The notes beneath the pieces are model-generated. The model made no database searches, was not told the origin of the DNA, and was given only the letters and a program-made list of their open reading frames with translations. From Microbotryum violaceum (taxonomy: Eukaryota), in NCBI GenBank assembly GCA_001244265.2, contig CDLV01000006.1:2356001-2420000 (forward strand): a DNA stretch of 64,000 bases, written 5' to 3'. Of this stretch, positions 40,803 to 54,994 are shown in pieces. Position 1 is the stretch's first letter, and the number at the start of each line of letters is the position of its first letter. Made by a program: the position numbers and the translations under genes.

Positions 40803-43800
40803 ATGACGGTCATAGTAACGACGACGACGCATCCTTCGACAAGAATGGGTAGACGTTCAAGAATCCTATCCATTCGACTATGGCTCGCCCTCGCCTCGCT
40901 TGGGATGATGGCCTCGCTTCCCACGATTGTGTCAAGCTCCGGGCTGTTGAAGTACACGCCCTCGTCGTGCCTTCCCAAGGATACCCTCGCCGCTCCCGAC
41001 TCGCAGCAACTCAAGATGACGGCCCTCTACGCCCAGTTCGACCAGGGCCAGACCTTTGCGGGACAAAAGGCAAATGGGTACAACCTCGGCGCGACGGGCC
41101 AGTACCTCGTCTTCGACAAGGATGGCGCTCGCTACACCTCCACCACGGGCACGCTCCTGCGCGTCGTGCTCGTCGGCACCACCCAGGCTCTAGCTCAGGG
41201 GTACTCCAACACGACCACGTACCTCTCCACCGTCGACATCGATGCCAACGTCCTCTCGTTCCCCATCTATTCAAATCAATCGGCTCTCTGTTCCGGCATC
41301 AGGACCTCCGCAGGGGCCAATTCGACGACGGGGTCGGGGTGCCCCTATCAAGGCGACATCGCCCTCGGATTTAGCATCGTGCTCGGTGACTCGTACGCCG
41401 CGACGACCATCACCTCCAAGCTCATCGTCCTCGACCCAAGCGTACCGGCCAAGCATTTGGCCTGTTACGACCTCGAATTTACGCCCTTCTACCCCAAGTA
41501 TTTCGTCTACCCTTTGGTGTTGTACTGTGGGTTTGCGCAAAGCTTTTCCTTTCTCCCCTGCGTCGGGTGAACCACGCCACACCCTCTCCTATCCCCTTGT
41601 TTCAAATCTGTCTAACTCTTGCTTGCACTCACATTTCTCTTCTTATGGATAGTCGTAATCGCCCTCTTGTCACTGTACCTCGTCCTCTATGTGATCGCAC
41701 GCCTCAACGCCGCCTACACAGCCTGGCTCCAGGACAACGAAACCCACCTGGCCTCTTCTCTGACGCTCAAGATCTCGTCCCATACCGGCACCTTGTCGCG
41801 ACGCAAAATGTGGGGGGCGATCTGGTTCAACGCTTGGGCTGGGCGAGAGGTCGTGGCGAGTGGGAGTCTGAGAAGGTTCGGGACGGCCGAGTTGAGGGAG
41901 GTGTTGGTGACGATTCAGTGGGCTTCGCTCGTTGGGACCATCGCCGTGAACTGGCCGGGATTTGCGTGTGAGCACTTGATTCGGTCTTACACCTGTTAGC
42001 CATTTTGACGAACGCTGAGGATCCCAGGGTTCCACAGACCCAATCTTTGCGCAAACCGCTTGGACAACACTCGTCTACAACTCGACCCTTCCCTTCACCT
42101 CACTGCCGCCTTCAATTCTCCCCAACAACATCGAGAAGCCTCCACTGTTCTCGACCCAGATGCGGGACTTGAACTCGCCCCTGTACTTGGACGACTCGCT
42201 ACCGAACGTGTTGCTTGATGTTGAGGGCTCGCCCCAGGGGCTTGCCCGATGGGCCAGAGCGATTGGTGTTCGGCCCGAGGACATCTGGAGCATCTGCGCC
42301 TTTACCTTCTTCATCATCTGCGCCGCCATCGTCGGTGCCCATTTTTTATTTTTTTTATTCGACACCGCGATCGATACCTTCTTGCCTTCGCGATACAGTA
42401 AGCGAAGGGTCATGAGGGACGGATTGCCGGCCTTAACGAAGGATCGGGAGGCGCGCGAAGGCGAGCAGCACCACTACAACGATTTGGGTCACGAGTACGG
42501 ACACGTCCGTGGGAACTCGTCGTCGAACCGACCTCGCTCGGCCATGTCGGCGCGAGAACCATCGAGTCGCTCGAGTCGACACCCGCTCGTCGCCGATGCG
42601 GATGTCGTCGGTGACGAAGTCTTCTTGCGCGACGAGGAGATGACCCGACCGGAGGACGTCGTCCCTTCGTGGCGACTTCATCTCGCCCTCTTGCACGGCA
42701 ACATTGTGCGGGCCGTTATGTTCTTCCATCTACCCTTGTCGATATTCTCGGTCTATGTGCTCGCGCATCGATCCGAGATTGAATCGTCGAAGACCTACAG
42801 TCTCGCCGGGGCCACCTTTGCGATCGTTTGCTTCATCTTCCCGCTTGTCTTACTTGCACGGATATATTACAGCGATTTGAGGACGCTTTACACCAGCTTA
42901 ACGCATCTTCTCGAGTTGGGATCGTTGTACAACGCCTATGCCGACGAATGCACGCTGTTTGCTGGGATGCGGCTGGGGACGAACATAGTTTTGGCGATCG
43001 TAATTGGCGCGGTGCAAGGGGTTGGAACGGCTCAAGCTGTACGTCTCGTTTCCCATGGGCTAAGTTTCTACCCATGCTCACATTGAGTCTCACTCTTGCT
43101 CCTGTAGGCCGTAGTCCTCGCGGTCGAAGTCGCCGACACCCTCGTCACTTCCCTTTGGCTACCGTGGGGCGATAACGCAGCCATGGGACCCTTGGCGTTC
43201 CTTCTTTCACTTGCTCGTGTAGTTATCGCCGTCCTGCTTGTCGTCATCTCACCGACGGTAGCGGTCAGTGTTCAAGCCCGGTCTTGGATCACCTACATCA
43301 TCTTCCTCGTCCAAGCGATTGTGGGTCTCATGCTACTCTGGGTCTTGGTCTTCAAATTTTTCGAGTTGGTCGTTCGTCTCGTCGGGCGGGTGCCCTTCGA
43401 CGAGTCTCGCAGTCCGAGGGCGGGTGGACTCTTTGGTACATTGAGGAAATGGGACAGGGGAGCTGCAGGAGGGGGACCGACGGCCAGGGGGCGTCGGAAG
43501 AAGCGTAAGGGGTCCGAGAGGCGAGCCGCGGCGCGCGAAGCGGCTACAGGAGAGCGTCGACGACCTGAGCGACGTGAATCACCTCGCGATAATCGACGAT
43601 TGAATCGCCAATCGATGGAGACGAGGAGCGTACTTGCCGCCAATCGAGCGAGCCATCGAGGAAGGAGGTACGACGACGATGCGGCGTACATCATGTCGCC
43701 AATGTCATCCGGACCATGGTCGCAAACGGGGTCGACGCATTCGAGCGAAGTGATTAAACCGGGAGCCTATTCGAATAAGGGAGGACCGGTGTTGAGATCC

Positions 43801-44715
43801 GGACCGAATTGGGGCGAGGCGACGGTCGTTCCTGCGACGAACGCAAGCGTCATGTCCGTTCCGACGGCGTCGAGTGGTTTCCAACGTGTTGGAGGAGGTC
43901 GAGCGACGTACACGAACCCTTACCAACTCGCAACCGTAGAATCGGACAACTCGAACCAGTATCCACCTTATCCGTCCTCGTCGGCCGACGTTTACTCCGT
44001 CAAAGCTCCTGGAAACCCGAGACGCTTGTCGCAATCCGCCGTAATCGAGATGGCTTCGGCGACGGCATTATCGAATGAGGAGGAGGTTCTGAGCAGTACG
44101 AGCACCATTACGGGTAACGGCAGCAATCGACAAGCGAGGAGGAGTTCGGCACCTCTTGTGCTACCACCGAGTTCATCGACGTTGCTCTCCAACGCGGTGC
44201 CGAGGTACGATGCCCCGTCGCCGGACAATACGAGACAAGGGCAACGTCGATCTTCGGAACCGATTTCGTCCAGTGGGACACCGGCAAAGAAGACTGGGGG
44301 CACTGATTTGTTCGGTCGGTTCAGGAGGACGCAACCGAGACCTTCGACGTCGGATTACTCGGATGATTCGGACGATTTCACCGATGACGAAGAGGATGAG
44401 GTCGAGGTCAGCAGGGGCAAGCGACCGGCGGGAGGATTGAAGGGGTTGTTTGCGACTCGATTCGCAAAGAAGGCGGATCAAGGGAAGAAGCAGCAAGGGG
44501 TTGAAAGGCACCAGGTGGAAGAGGTGGAGCAACTCGCGCCGGCGGTCGCGCCGGAACAAGCTGGGTTCAGCGTCGTGCGCAAACCTCGACCAAGACCTCC
44601 CGTAACGACCGCGCCTACACCTACGACCAAATCGGAATCTATTGAAGCTAGCGAAAGGACGACGAGCTCTGACTCGGCCTCCAAGGACGCCGACGAGATC
44701 AACAGACCAACATAA
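40803..44715 (+). CDS. TRP-domain membrane protein (Flc/Pkd2-like): signal peptide, lumenal domain, multi-TM region, disordered tail
   Basis: Signal-like N-terminus and a Cys-containing lumenal domain (GCPY, LACY). QWASLVGTIAVNWPGF, GLARWARAIGV, LGSLYNAY, and several TM helices. Confidence 0.7.
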
Positions 44716-44906
44716 TTTTATTCAGATGATGCGTTTCACGAGGAATACATGGACGACAAATTATGAACTCTCTTTCGCTCTCTCTTCTGTGCCACTTCTC
44801 CCTATTGAGCAGTGGGATACACGCTTAGTGCAGTTTCTAGCCTCTTTCTTCTCTTTTTGTCAGTTTGCAACATCATGAACTCCGCATACAAGCTACACGA
44901 TCTTTT

Positions 44907-46371
44907 TTACCCCAAGGAGATGACGACCTTGCCCTGGGCCTTGCCGGTCAACAAGTCGAGGAAAGCCTCTCCGTCGTCGATACCCTTAACGACGTGCTCG
45001 CGAACTCTGTTATAGGAAGGAAAGTGCCGTCCAATGATCGGTAAGTTGCAACAACCCCTCAGGTGAATATTATGTCCAACTCACTTGATGGTACCATCGG
45101 CAATCAACTTGGGCATCTCCTTGAAGAACTCAGTCATGTCCTTGCCCGAGATGATAAATCCCTCCCAACGAAGCTGCTTGACGACAATTTGCATGTAGTT
45201 CTTCAAAGGGTGAATACCACTCGAGTAAGCTGAGATGCCTCCGCACGCGATGATGCGACCAAAGGTGTTGCAGGTCGCCAGCGCGAGGTCGAGTTGCTCG
45301 CCTCCGACGTTGTCGTAGAAGATGTCGCATGGGTGCTCGCGCATCACCTTTTCGACGGCATCGGCACCATCCTTGTAGTTGACAACCACGTCGGCACCGA
45401 GGCTCTTGCAGAATTCGAGCTGTAGATGTGAAAATAAGAGATCATGATCAGCGACTACGATTCCGCGCCAGGAGAGAAGAGTGTTGTGGGAATGAAGTGC
45501 TACCTTGGCAGCGTCACCGCATGATGCAACGACCTGTGAGTGAATAAGGAACGAAGGCAGGTGTCAGCTGGTGCAAGATCTCGGGGTCAGCATCCGGAAG
45601 CTGAGCAGTCTGCCTCACCTTTAGGCCCTCTCGCTTGGCGAGCTGGAGCACGATTTGCCCAACAGCTCCGGCGGCCGCGGTGATGTAGATCGTCTCGCCC
45701 TTCTTGGGCTTACCGATGTTGTAGAACGACCAGTAAGCCGTTTGACCTAGGTAAAATCACAAGAATTAGATCGAGATTCAAGAACCTCGCCTGAGCCGAG
45801 AAAAGAATTGTCTCCGACTTACCGGACATGCCGGCACCACCGACGAGCTGAGTCCAGGGAAGACCCTCCTTGTTTTCAATGACCTTGCAGTAGCCGAGCA
45901 TCTGCTTGGGGACGACAGCGTAGGTCGAGAACTCGGTCATGCCGTAGACGGCATCGCCGACCTTAAAGTTGTCGCTCTCCGAGCGGAGTACTTCTCCGAC
46001 GGCGTAACCGCTGAGGGGAGCATTGGGCGTGAAGGGGGGGATGTAAGACGACGTGTCGGCTGCCCTCATACGTCCCTTCATATAAGGGTCTATTATGCGG
46101 TTCAAATTTCGACACGGGCGATCTTTCGTCAGCTTGAGCTGCTCAACCTCGAGGGCGCACTCGCGCAACAGCCCAACCTGGGCTGTGCAGTGGTGTTGCA
46201 CGACTCGGACTGACCCAGAGAAAGAGCTTTCTGCTTCAGCAGGAGACCACCGTTGAGAGGGACAGTGTCGAGTTCGATCTCGGAAACGACCTTCTTGGTC
46301 GTCTCGCCGGGAACGGGGTACCCTTGCGGGATTTTGAGGTACTGCAACGTTGTGTTTTGTGTGGGGGCCAT
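44907..46371 (-). CDS. Zinc-independent NADPH-dependent alkenal/one reductase (prostaglandin reductase-like MDR family)
   Basis: PQGYPVPGE, DPYMKGRMR, GGAGMSG, ETIYITAAAGAVGQIV, DIFYDNVGGEQLD, GRIIACGGISAY. Confidence 0.92.
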
Positions 46372-46810
46372 GATTGCGGAGACACTAGAGCGATCGGAGA
46401 AGTCTGTACGAAAGAGGGTCGAGTTGACGTGACGTGGGTGGGACGAAAGATCTCTTTAGTTTATTGGGAGGAAGCAGATAAGGACACGTCGGACTACTTT
46501 CGGGTTGAGATACATGGACGACAAAATTGGACGACCCCTCGCGGCGCTGAATCCCGGCCGAGCCCTGCCTCGCTTGCCCGTCGGAGATAGCCCGAAGAGC
46601 TTGGTCATCCCCCACCGGCCACCGGGTACAGGCCCAATTCCGGCCCGAGCGCTACGTCGGGGGCCGAGATTGGTAATCCTCTGAAACGGGTGCGTAGATT
46701 AGACAGGAGCCAAGAACGCGTATCTTGAAATGGTTTATGCAAGAGGCTACATCTCAAAGTGTACTGCTCCGCACTCTAAGCCCCCAAGCAGAACGTGCGC
46801 GCAGCGCAAC

Positions 46811-48375
46811 TCAGAGATCCTTACCCTCCCATTGCTGCATCACCTTATCCAGCTGCGCAATGATTTCTTGCTTCCTCTCTTGTCCACACCAGCTGTTTTC
46901 GGCACCGTCGACAATGATTTGCCTTCATTTCTGCTTCTGAAAATTGAATGCGTCCTGGACGGCGACATAGTTGTCCAACAAGTAGCCTGTGTTCGAAGGG
47001 CGAGAAGTGAGCGAACGGGTAAAGGCCAGCAAATCCGTCCGACGTACCTCCGAAGTATGCGGGATCGTCCGAGTTGATGGAGAACTTTACACCGGCTTCC
47101 ATCAGCTTCGGGATGGGAGATTCCGACACCGCGCTCATCACTCTCAGTCGACTGCGAGTTCAAGAAATCGGAACAAATGTCAGTCTTTGGAAAAAGAATG
47201 ACAACCCTCCGAAAATTGGACTCACACGTTGGAAAGCGGGCAAAGCTGGTCGAAGGCAGCGGAAGAAGAGTTTGCACATCAGACCGGGTGTGCTCGAGAT
47301 GTTGGTTTTGGGAGACTGCTCACCGTCAAGAAGGCGTTCTCTTTTGCCAACATTTTCAAGACTTCCGGGTCGTCGCTAGATCGCACACCATGATCGATGC
47401 GCTTGATACCGAGCTGCTCGACCGTGGTCCTCACATACTGTGCCGGTCCTTCCTCACCCGAGTGCATCGTCAAATTCTTCACACCAAGGTCGCGGGCGCG
47501 TTGGTACACCAAAGCATATTTTTCAGCTGTGAGAGTTATGAAACGAGGTTTGGTCAGTCTCAAAGAGCTTTGCAGGGCTTGCCTCGAAGAGTGATCGCGT
47601 CAACTCACGCGGGTTTCCGTTCTCGGTCGAATCACATCCCAGCCCGTGTACCTGTCCCTTTCGACGTATTGAATCACATCCTCGACCGTTTTCAAAACCG
47701 AGTCGACGGAGAGATGCCGCACAAAGCAGGCGATCAGCTTAGACGTGATGCCGTACTTCTCCTGAGCCTGAATCGAAGCGAAAACGTTGCCCGATCAGTT
47801 CCGGTCAGCATTTACGATAAGACGCTGAGGTATAATTCAGGAAATGAGCTCACCTTGATCAAACCTTTGTTGAGACCATTCACGACCGTCGAAGAAGCAA
47901 TACCACGGCCGGTGTGGGCTTGAGGATCGTAGAAGATTTCGCAGTGGACTGTGCCGTCGGCGTACGATCGCTCGATGTAAGCATCCACAAGTTCTTCAAA
48001 GTCCTGCTCAGTAATGAGCGAGGCCATGGCTTCGTTGTAAAAGTAAAGGAAGTCGTCGAGCGAGGCGAAGTTCTTGTAGCGTTCATCGCAGGCCTCGACC
48101 GAGGGGAAGTTGGTAGGGTCGAGGGTGATCTTGTTCCTTGCAGCGAGCTTGAATAAGAGTGTTGGCTCGAGGGAGCCCTCGATATGCATGTGATGCTCGC
48201 ACTGTGGTCCAGATTTGTGCGACATGTGAGATTGTCAGTGGTGATGGCCAGAATGAGGGTATGCTCTCGCGATTCGGCGATTCGGCGGCGAGAACGTAAT
48301 CGACCAGAAGGCACGGGACGGTGGACTGACCTTGGGGAGCGCCTTCAAGAAAGCTTTGGCGTTGTCGGAGCACAT
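46811..48375 (-). CDS. AAH1: Adenine deaminase Aah1-like (adenosine deaminase family), with an in-frame TGA at 46925-46927
   Basis: LPKCEHHMHIEGSLEP, EIFYDPQAHT.RG, HSGEEGP, RIDHG, CPLSN, SINSDDPAYFGGYLLDNY. The frame continues 37 codons past the internal TGA. Confidence 0.9.
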
Positions 48376-49110
48376 AATATCGTCTGTTTCCAGCTGATGT
48401 TGAAGAGGCGCAGATAATCTATGCGTTGGAGTTGGTCAAGCGGCGGAGGAGGAAAGCCCAGGATTTGTTCGCACGATAGCGCGCTCGGTGCGAAGTCGGC
48501 CTCCGAACGGGCGAGTCCCGGCCGAGTGCCGTAAAGCTGCATCCATGGGGCTATTTTGGGATCGCTACTCCTATGACTTCGACATCCGCGGACGCTAATA
48601 GTTCGTTGAATGGGGGAGCGGAACTCGATCTGAAGTTGCTCCAGTGTCTGCCACGGCTCCTATCTTGCCATTTCGGTCACGAGTTTGGCGACCGCAAGCA
48701 GAGGCAGACTTACACGAGCCGAATTCTCCTTCTCCGAACGCTCCATCTTGATTTTCAGTGGACTTGGACGTATACCTAGGCTGCACGTGCGCCAGGATGA
48801 TAAGCTTGTGGGACCGTTGCGCCTGATCACCGAGGACTCGGGCAAAAGTCTCTTCTCGTAGCAGTTTGTGACGAAGCGAGTGAAGACAATACGTTAGCTT
48901 TCTGATAAGAAATTCTAACTTGGCCAAGAAAATAAAACACGTTTTCCTGGAAATTTATGGATGCTGCCACACGAGACCTGGCTCCTCGATCGGAAGCCGT
49001 GCACGGCCCCTTTGACCCAAAGCTTCTAGACTCGCGCGAGGGAACCTGCAGGCGGGATGCCGTCACTTGCTCGCTCACCTTCATTCCTCCCTTTCGCTGC
49101 ATCTCAGACC

Positions 49111-50567
49111 ATGAGTGCAGAAGGGGACGAGTACTACGCGACTTTCAACCGCTGTGAGAATGTCTCCTTCCTTGAAGATGCGGAGCATGCTCCACCTCTG
49201 CCCTCATCCTTTCGCTTTGCCCCCACACCTCATCAAGATTCCAACCCCACATCCATCACGACGTTCTCGTCGCCTGCTCCAAGCCAAGGAGACGAGTTTG
49301 ATGATGTCATCCACCTGTGGTCCGACTTCAACATCACTCAGTCGCCTCTCGAGCATGGACTTGGCACTGCCCCGCTTCGAATTGACAGTACTCGCAGGTC
49401 GAGCCACGCTCGAACAGCGAGCGCATCGCTCCCCAGGTGCGTTTCGGTGCCGATCTTTTCCAGGCCAGGTGAGCTTCTCGCGTATCTTGATATTTCCCAT
49501 GTATCGCTTCTGATCAACGAAGTATCTTACTTCGATGACTGGCAGCTTCCTTTCATGCGCAACCTGCTCGACGCCCATTGTCGCTCGCTTTTCCCTCCCA
49601 GCCCCGCATGCCTCAGAGGGGTGGCACGATCAAGACGGAGACAGTCCCGCTCAAAGTCCGAGTCACCAATTTCTTACGAGTAGCTCGAGATCGCACGATT
49701 GGTGGCATATCGAAACGCAAGCCAAAACGATCGCTGATCGCCACGTCGAGGCGAAAGAAAGAGACGTTTGACATGGTGGAAGCGCGCCAAGCCAGGTTGT
49801 CAGAGCCTGAACGTAAGTGATCCACAGGCCGCTGCTAGGTCATTGAGGAAATGGGACTGATTCAAATTCGAACCTGGTCAGTCATGCATCGAGTTAGGGC
49901 ACCTCGATCAATTCGACGTCAGCCTGCCCCCAGTCTTGACGAGCCCATGTGGGACTCGTTGAAATCGGTCGACTCGAGAATCCGTCCTCGCTGTTCCACT
50001 TCGATGGGCGAGCCGAAGCTTGCTGTACCCAATCTGTCTCGACACCGCTCATTGCCCACCCTGTTCGAAAATTTCACGATTCGAACCCAAGAAAAATCCG
50101 AAACCTCCAGCTTCGTTACCCTTCGTCGTCATCAATCTTCCTTCTTCAGCCCATCGACCGCTCCTGAGTCGGCGAAATCATTCACCTCCGGTCGAGCTCC
50201 TCTCAGGGAACGCAACATGGAAGGTTTTCCGCCCAGCCGCTATTATTTACCTTCGCGCAAGATGTCACCTTTGCCCCTGAGTGAAGTGGTGGAAGAAGTG
50301 CCCAAGTTCGACTCTTCGATCGGAGACCCCCCTCTGGGAATTGATTGGTGCGACGAAGATGGCTCGGGCGACGAAGGTACGGCTGGGGAAGGAACAGTAG
50401 GAGAAGAATTCCTCTTCGATTCGTGGGAGGAGCGCCTGCTTGAATGCTACCAGCGGGATAGTCTGCCTACGCCTGAAAAGAAGAAGCGGGCTTGGGCTCG
50501 AGCGGTTGATTTAGGCTCCGACGACGAGGACAGTACTACAGGCAACTCGATGGGCTCCTTGGAGTGA
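49111..50567 (+). CDS. Hypothetical protein (low complexity, probably spliced)
   Basis: Co-oriented ORFs 49057-49683 and 49851-50567 with protein-like composition. No family recognised. Confidence 0.45.
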
Positions 50568-50656
50568 GGTTTCGTTTAACAGCCGTCGACGTAGAGTGAG
50601 ATTACAAAGTGTTCATATGTTCGATTTCAGGTGATCAATGTATATATTTCATCAGT

Positions 50657-52773
50657 TCACTTGGACGAGATCTTCTTGATTTGCTTGACTGCCTTGCCAT
50701 CCCAATCGCCAACCGCGAGTCCGAGAATGCCTCGAACGACACCCGAGACGAGATCGGGACGATGAACGGTGGCCGACACGACCGTGCCCGTCGACAAAGC
50801 GAAGAGCGCCCTCTCTCCCCATTTGGCGAGCCAGACACCCATCGGCCCATTCTGTACGACTTGGGGTACGATCGAATCGTGAACGGTGTACAAGGCGCGA
50901 GGGGCGCAGTAAAGAGCCATTTCACGCCGGCGTCGCTTGTTCTCAATCAGGACCGAGAGGCCACAGAGGAAGCAGCCCAAGCCGGTGCACCAGCCGCCGT
51001 CCATGGCCTGCTGAGAAATGAAGGGGAAGAGCATCGGTAGACGAGTTCGCATGAGGCAGACGCTGGCATATATACTGGCGACGAAGGTGGCCAAGAACGC
51101 GGAACTACGACTTGCGGCGAGGAGGATGCGGATGATGGAGGCGACCGGTTGGCGGGCCAAGGGGCCAAAGCCAAAGAGAAGGGATGGGACAAGATGCACA
51201 GGAAGGTAGATCTTGAAACAGTCGGAGAAGGCCAAGAGCCAGCGCTTGATCGCGTTGGCTTCGCACGTGCCTTTGCCGACCCTTCCGTGAATGACGCTGC
51301 AGTCGAGTCGCGTGATGTTGTCCGGGATGACTCGTCTGCAAGAGAAAGCAACGGGGTCAGCTATGATCTGGGAGAGGAGCTCGTTGCGTGGAGATGCTGC
51401 AGGACTAACTCAGCCGAGATACCACTGTAGGTAGCAATACCTTTGCACGTCTTGACGACTTCTGTGCTCGACGATTTGCCGTACACGTACTCCCCTTTTC
51501 GAGCGCATTGCAAGAGGCGCTGCCAGCCAAAGTCGGACTGCTCAGCGGAGAGCTCTAATGTACAGGTCATCTGATGCGTGGCAAGCTCACCAACAGTCGA
51601 ACATCGAGTCGAGCCAAACGCAAGATCCAGAGATTGTAAGCCTTGGGTAATCGGTGGGGCAAGTAGAAGAAGCACCTGTGAGATCCCAACAGAGACAGTA
51701 GTCAACGTGAGGATGGGCAGACATTTATGGAGTCCGAGTCGCAGACAAACCCACCACATGATGCGCCAGCACGACGCCCAGAACAGCAAAGTATCGGCAT
51801 GCATCGCCACGAAGCGAGAGGCAAGTCCGAAGCGATCCGGTCGCGTGGTCAACCCCGTCTTCTCGTACGCGGACCGAACGAGAGTATCGGCGGCTCGAAC
51901 GAATAAGAACAGTGTCAAATCGAGCGTCGACGATTCCTTTTGGCGAGAAGGTACAATAGGTGGGAGCGGAGTCGAGAGGTTCGTCCTGAGTGGTGGGAGA
52001 GGATCGTTAAGGGCGGTGTAAGGTGAGAAGCCGAGGTTCGGAATCCGTGCCCCCTGTTCTTTGACGCTGGTGTTCGGAGCGGCCCCAGCGGCAGTCGCCA
52101 CTGGACCCGACGCCGAGGTCGACGTGGAAGTTTTACTTGGACGCGATTGAAGCAATGAGATGGACACAAACGAAGCGATCGTGCCGGAGATGAGTGTTGA
52201 TAAGATCTTGATCCTACGTGCATGCATTGGGTCCTGCAAGACTTGCTCCGTCGTAATCGACCTCGACTGAGACACGCCGCTCTGCCCTCCTGCACGCTCG
52301 GACCGATCGCGATCGTCTTCACCTGGCAAGATGTTGCGCGTCCTACGCGGCCGGATCGTGCTCAGCGCCGAGACGTAGGCTGACGCGACGAGTCTTTCGA
52401 TCTTGTCCTCGCCCCATTTGGCACCTCCGATTGAGACGCCGAACGCGAGCGCAAGACTATTGTAGTGAGTCGCACACACGATCGCGTCCCACACTTGTCG
52501 AGCGACGCGTGAAACGGAGCGCGGTTTCTTGCCCGTGACCAGCGGCACGAGGATGCGCAATAACGACGGCAGAATGGACGCCGTGAAGCCGATTGCATAC
52601 GCACGAGCGAAGGAAAGAGCCGAGGGATCGAGATGTTGCGACACCGACTTGGATCGCGATCTCCGGCTAGAGCTCGCTGGCGCCGGCGCCGGCGTGGCGG
52701 ATGGTGGTGTCGCGCCGCCGGACCCCGAGCTCGAGCCCGCTTCTGCTGATGCAGTATTCAAGGACAGCGACAT
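50657..52773 (-). CDS. TMEM135/PMP52-like peroxisomal membrane protein
   Basis: TLDLTLFLFVRA, FKIYLPVHLVP, RSSAFLATFV, SVLIENKRRRREMALYCAPRAL. Confidence 0.8.
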
Positions 52774-53197
52774 CCCTCGGTCTCCTTCACGTGGTCCTAA
52801 CAACGCGGTTGTGGCTCGAGACCTTGGGGCAGGGTGGGGACTCGAAGAGCAAGATGGCCTTTGAGCTGGAGTGGAGGAAGAAAAGATCCTGAAGTGGAAA
52901 CCTAGAAAAGCTCGTGAAAGACGCCGCCGCTCCCGGTCGATCCTCGGACCGTGCCAAGGGCGATGTCAAGAAAAAGCAGGACACGATCCCTCGTTGGACT
53001 AAAATGTCGATACCAATGTAAAGAAAAATAGCTTCAGAAATATTAGAGGTGATCCTGGTGCGAACCAATTTTGCACTGACCTTGCACCGGAGCGCTCGCT
53101 GAATATCAGTCGCAGCAGACACAATTTCAATCTTGCATGTCTAGCCAGAACGCGATCTCGAACATAGGCAACGTATTAATTGCAACCGTGCACGAAA

Positions 53198-54994
53198 CTA
53201 CTCTCCCTTGCCTGCCTTCTTCGCCTCCTTCTTGGCCTTTTTTGCCGCTTTCTCATCCCCTGTCTTCTTGCTCTTCTTCTTGGGGCGAATTTCCTCTGTC
53301 ACGACAGCGGCTCCTCCCTCAATACCCACGGCCTCAGCACTTGTGTCCATCACGTCCGGGTTGGGCTGGGGTGTGTTGAGGCCCTCGTCATTCTCCTTCT
53401 CCTCCAATTCTCTCCGTCGCTTCTTGTCTTTCTTCTCCTTCTTCTCCTTCTTGATGCGCTCCTTCTCCGTCTGCTCGGTCGTCTCCTTTTGTTCCTCCGT
53501 CTTTTGAGCGGTCATAGTAGTCGGCTCAAAGGTCGACATCAGACTGGTCGTGCTCGCCTTGGCGAAACTGGGGAACGTCATCGTCGATGTTACAGGGGCG
53601 GGTGCAGTGGTCTTGAAAGTCGACGGCAAAGTCGATGTCGATGCAATCAAAGTCGATCCAAGTCCACCCGTTGAACTAGGCATGAACGATCTCGAAGGTG
53701 CTTTGGGCCATTCACCGGAATCCGTTGGGCCATTTACCTTCAACGGCTCGCTTCTCGACCCTGCGAGTTGACTCGCCGGCGTCGAGGAGGAAGGAAGCGT
53801 ACCGATACCGGAGATACCGTTCGATGGGAGCATGGAAGGGGTTGATGTGCCTGAGGCGGACGGAGAAGGTGTGGGCGCAATTCCGAGAATTTCGGCCATG
53901 GCGGCGGCGTTCGAGGCGGACGCCATTCGTTTGGCGCGGAGATGCTTTGATCGAGCGCTGCGGGTGAAGAGTGTAAGTCGGATATGAGCTCGGTAATCAA
54001 GGTCAGCGCACAACGTCTGATAGAAAGTTACTCACGCCATGCGCGGATTGTTCAAGATAGTTGTACTTGTGGTAGTCGTGGTCATGGTGCTCGTGGCCGC
54101 TCCCGACGAAGAATCGACGACTGTAACGGACGATTCGACCTGCACGCTGGTCGGCTCCTCCGATGGCGCTTCTCCCGCTGCTTGACGCTTCTTGTCCTTC
54201 TTGGCCAGCTTCTTTCGCTCCTTCAATAACTTTTTCTTCTCCTTCCTCTCCCTCTTCTCCCTCTTGCGCTTGGTCGTGTCGTCCTCATCCTCATCTCGGG
54301 CAGGCTCCTCCTCACTCGCCGAGGTCGAGGCCGATGCGGCGGCAGCTTCAGCCTTGGCCTTGTTCAACCTCTCGAGTAACCTCCCAAATTCTCCTCCCGT
54401 CTTGGGCGCAGTGGCGTTGCTCGTTTCCCCTTCATTCTCCGTCGAAGTCGAAGCCGTGACGAAGCCCATACTGCCGAGACCCCCACCCAGCGAACGAACG
54501 ACCGTCGCCGCGCCTCGTTGTGCTCCGATACCCATCTGATCGTCCTTAGCGAGAGGAATGGCAGAGATCTTTTTCGAAAAGGTAGATCCTCCATTTGAGG
54601 CCATGAGCTGCTGCGATTCGGCATTACCCAGTCCCGGTGAGGAGGGGGTCCATCCCATCGAGGCTAGGAGTCGAAATCCAGGGGCCGAGGTGTCTGTCGT
54701 TTGCGAAAATGCGGAAAAGACGAATTCAGTTTGAGCCCGACAGGTATCCACTCTCTTTCACTACACTTACCATTTGCCCATCGTGTATTGCGAGGATCTG
54801 GAGAAGCCGAGTGAGAGTCAGGAAGCGAGCAATTAAGCGACAGGTGGTCCAAAAAACATCAAACTAATTCGAATATTACCATCAGGGATCCTCTGCTTCG
54901 CTTTCGCTCCAGAAAGTCCCACTGCAGAAAGATGATGTTCTCAGCAGTCAGCGACTAGCCGATTCCGAGTCCGTCTGAGCCCCAGCTCCGCACT
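53198..54994 (-). CDS. PXR1: G-patch protein Pxr1/PinX1 (rRNA processing)
   Basis: (M)GLSGAKAKQRIPDDPRNTRWAND, G-patch GFRLLASMGW...GLG...KDDQMGIG, KKE-rich tracts, and KRMAS...MAEILGI. The ATG appears to be split by an intron; the 5' coordinate depends on which donor is used. Confidence 0.85.

Noticed and set aside
48573-48927. Short ORFs between AAH1 and the hypothetical gene
   Set aside because: No recognisable motifs or consistent splice structure.
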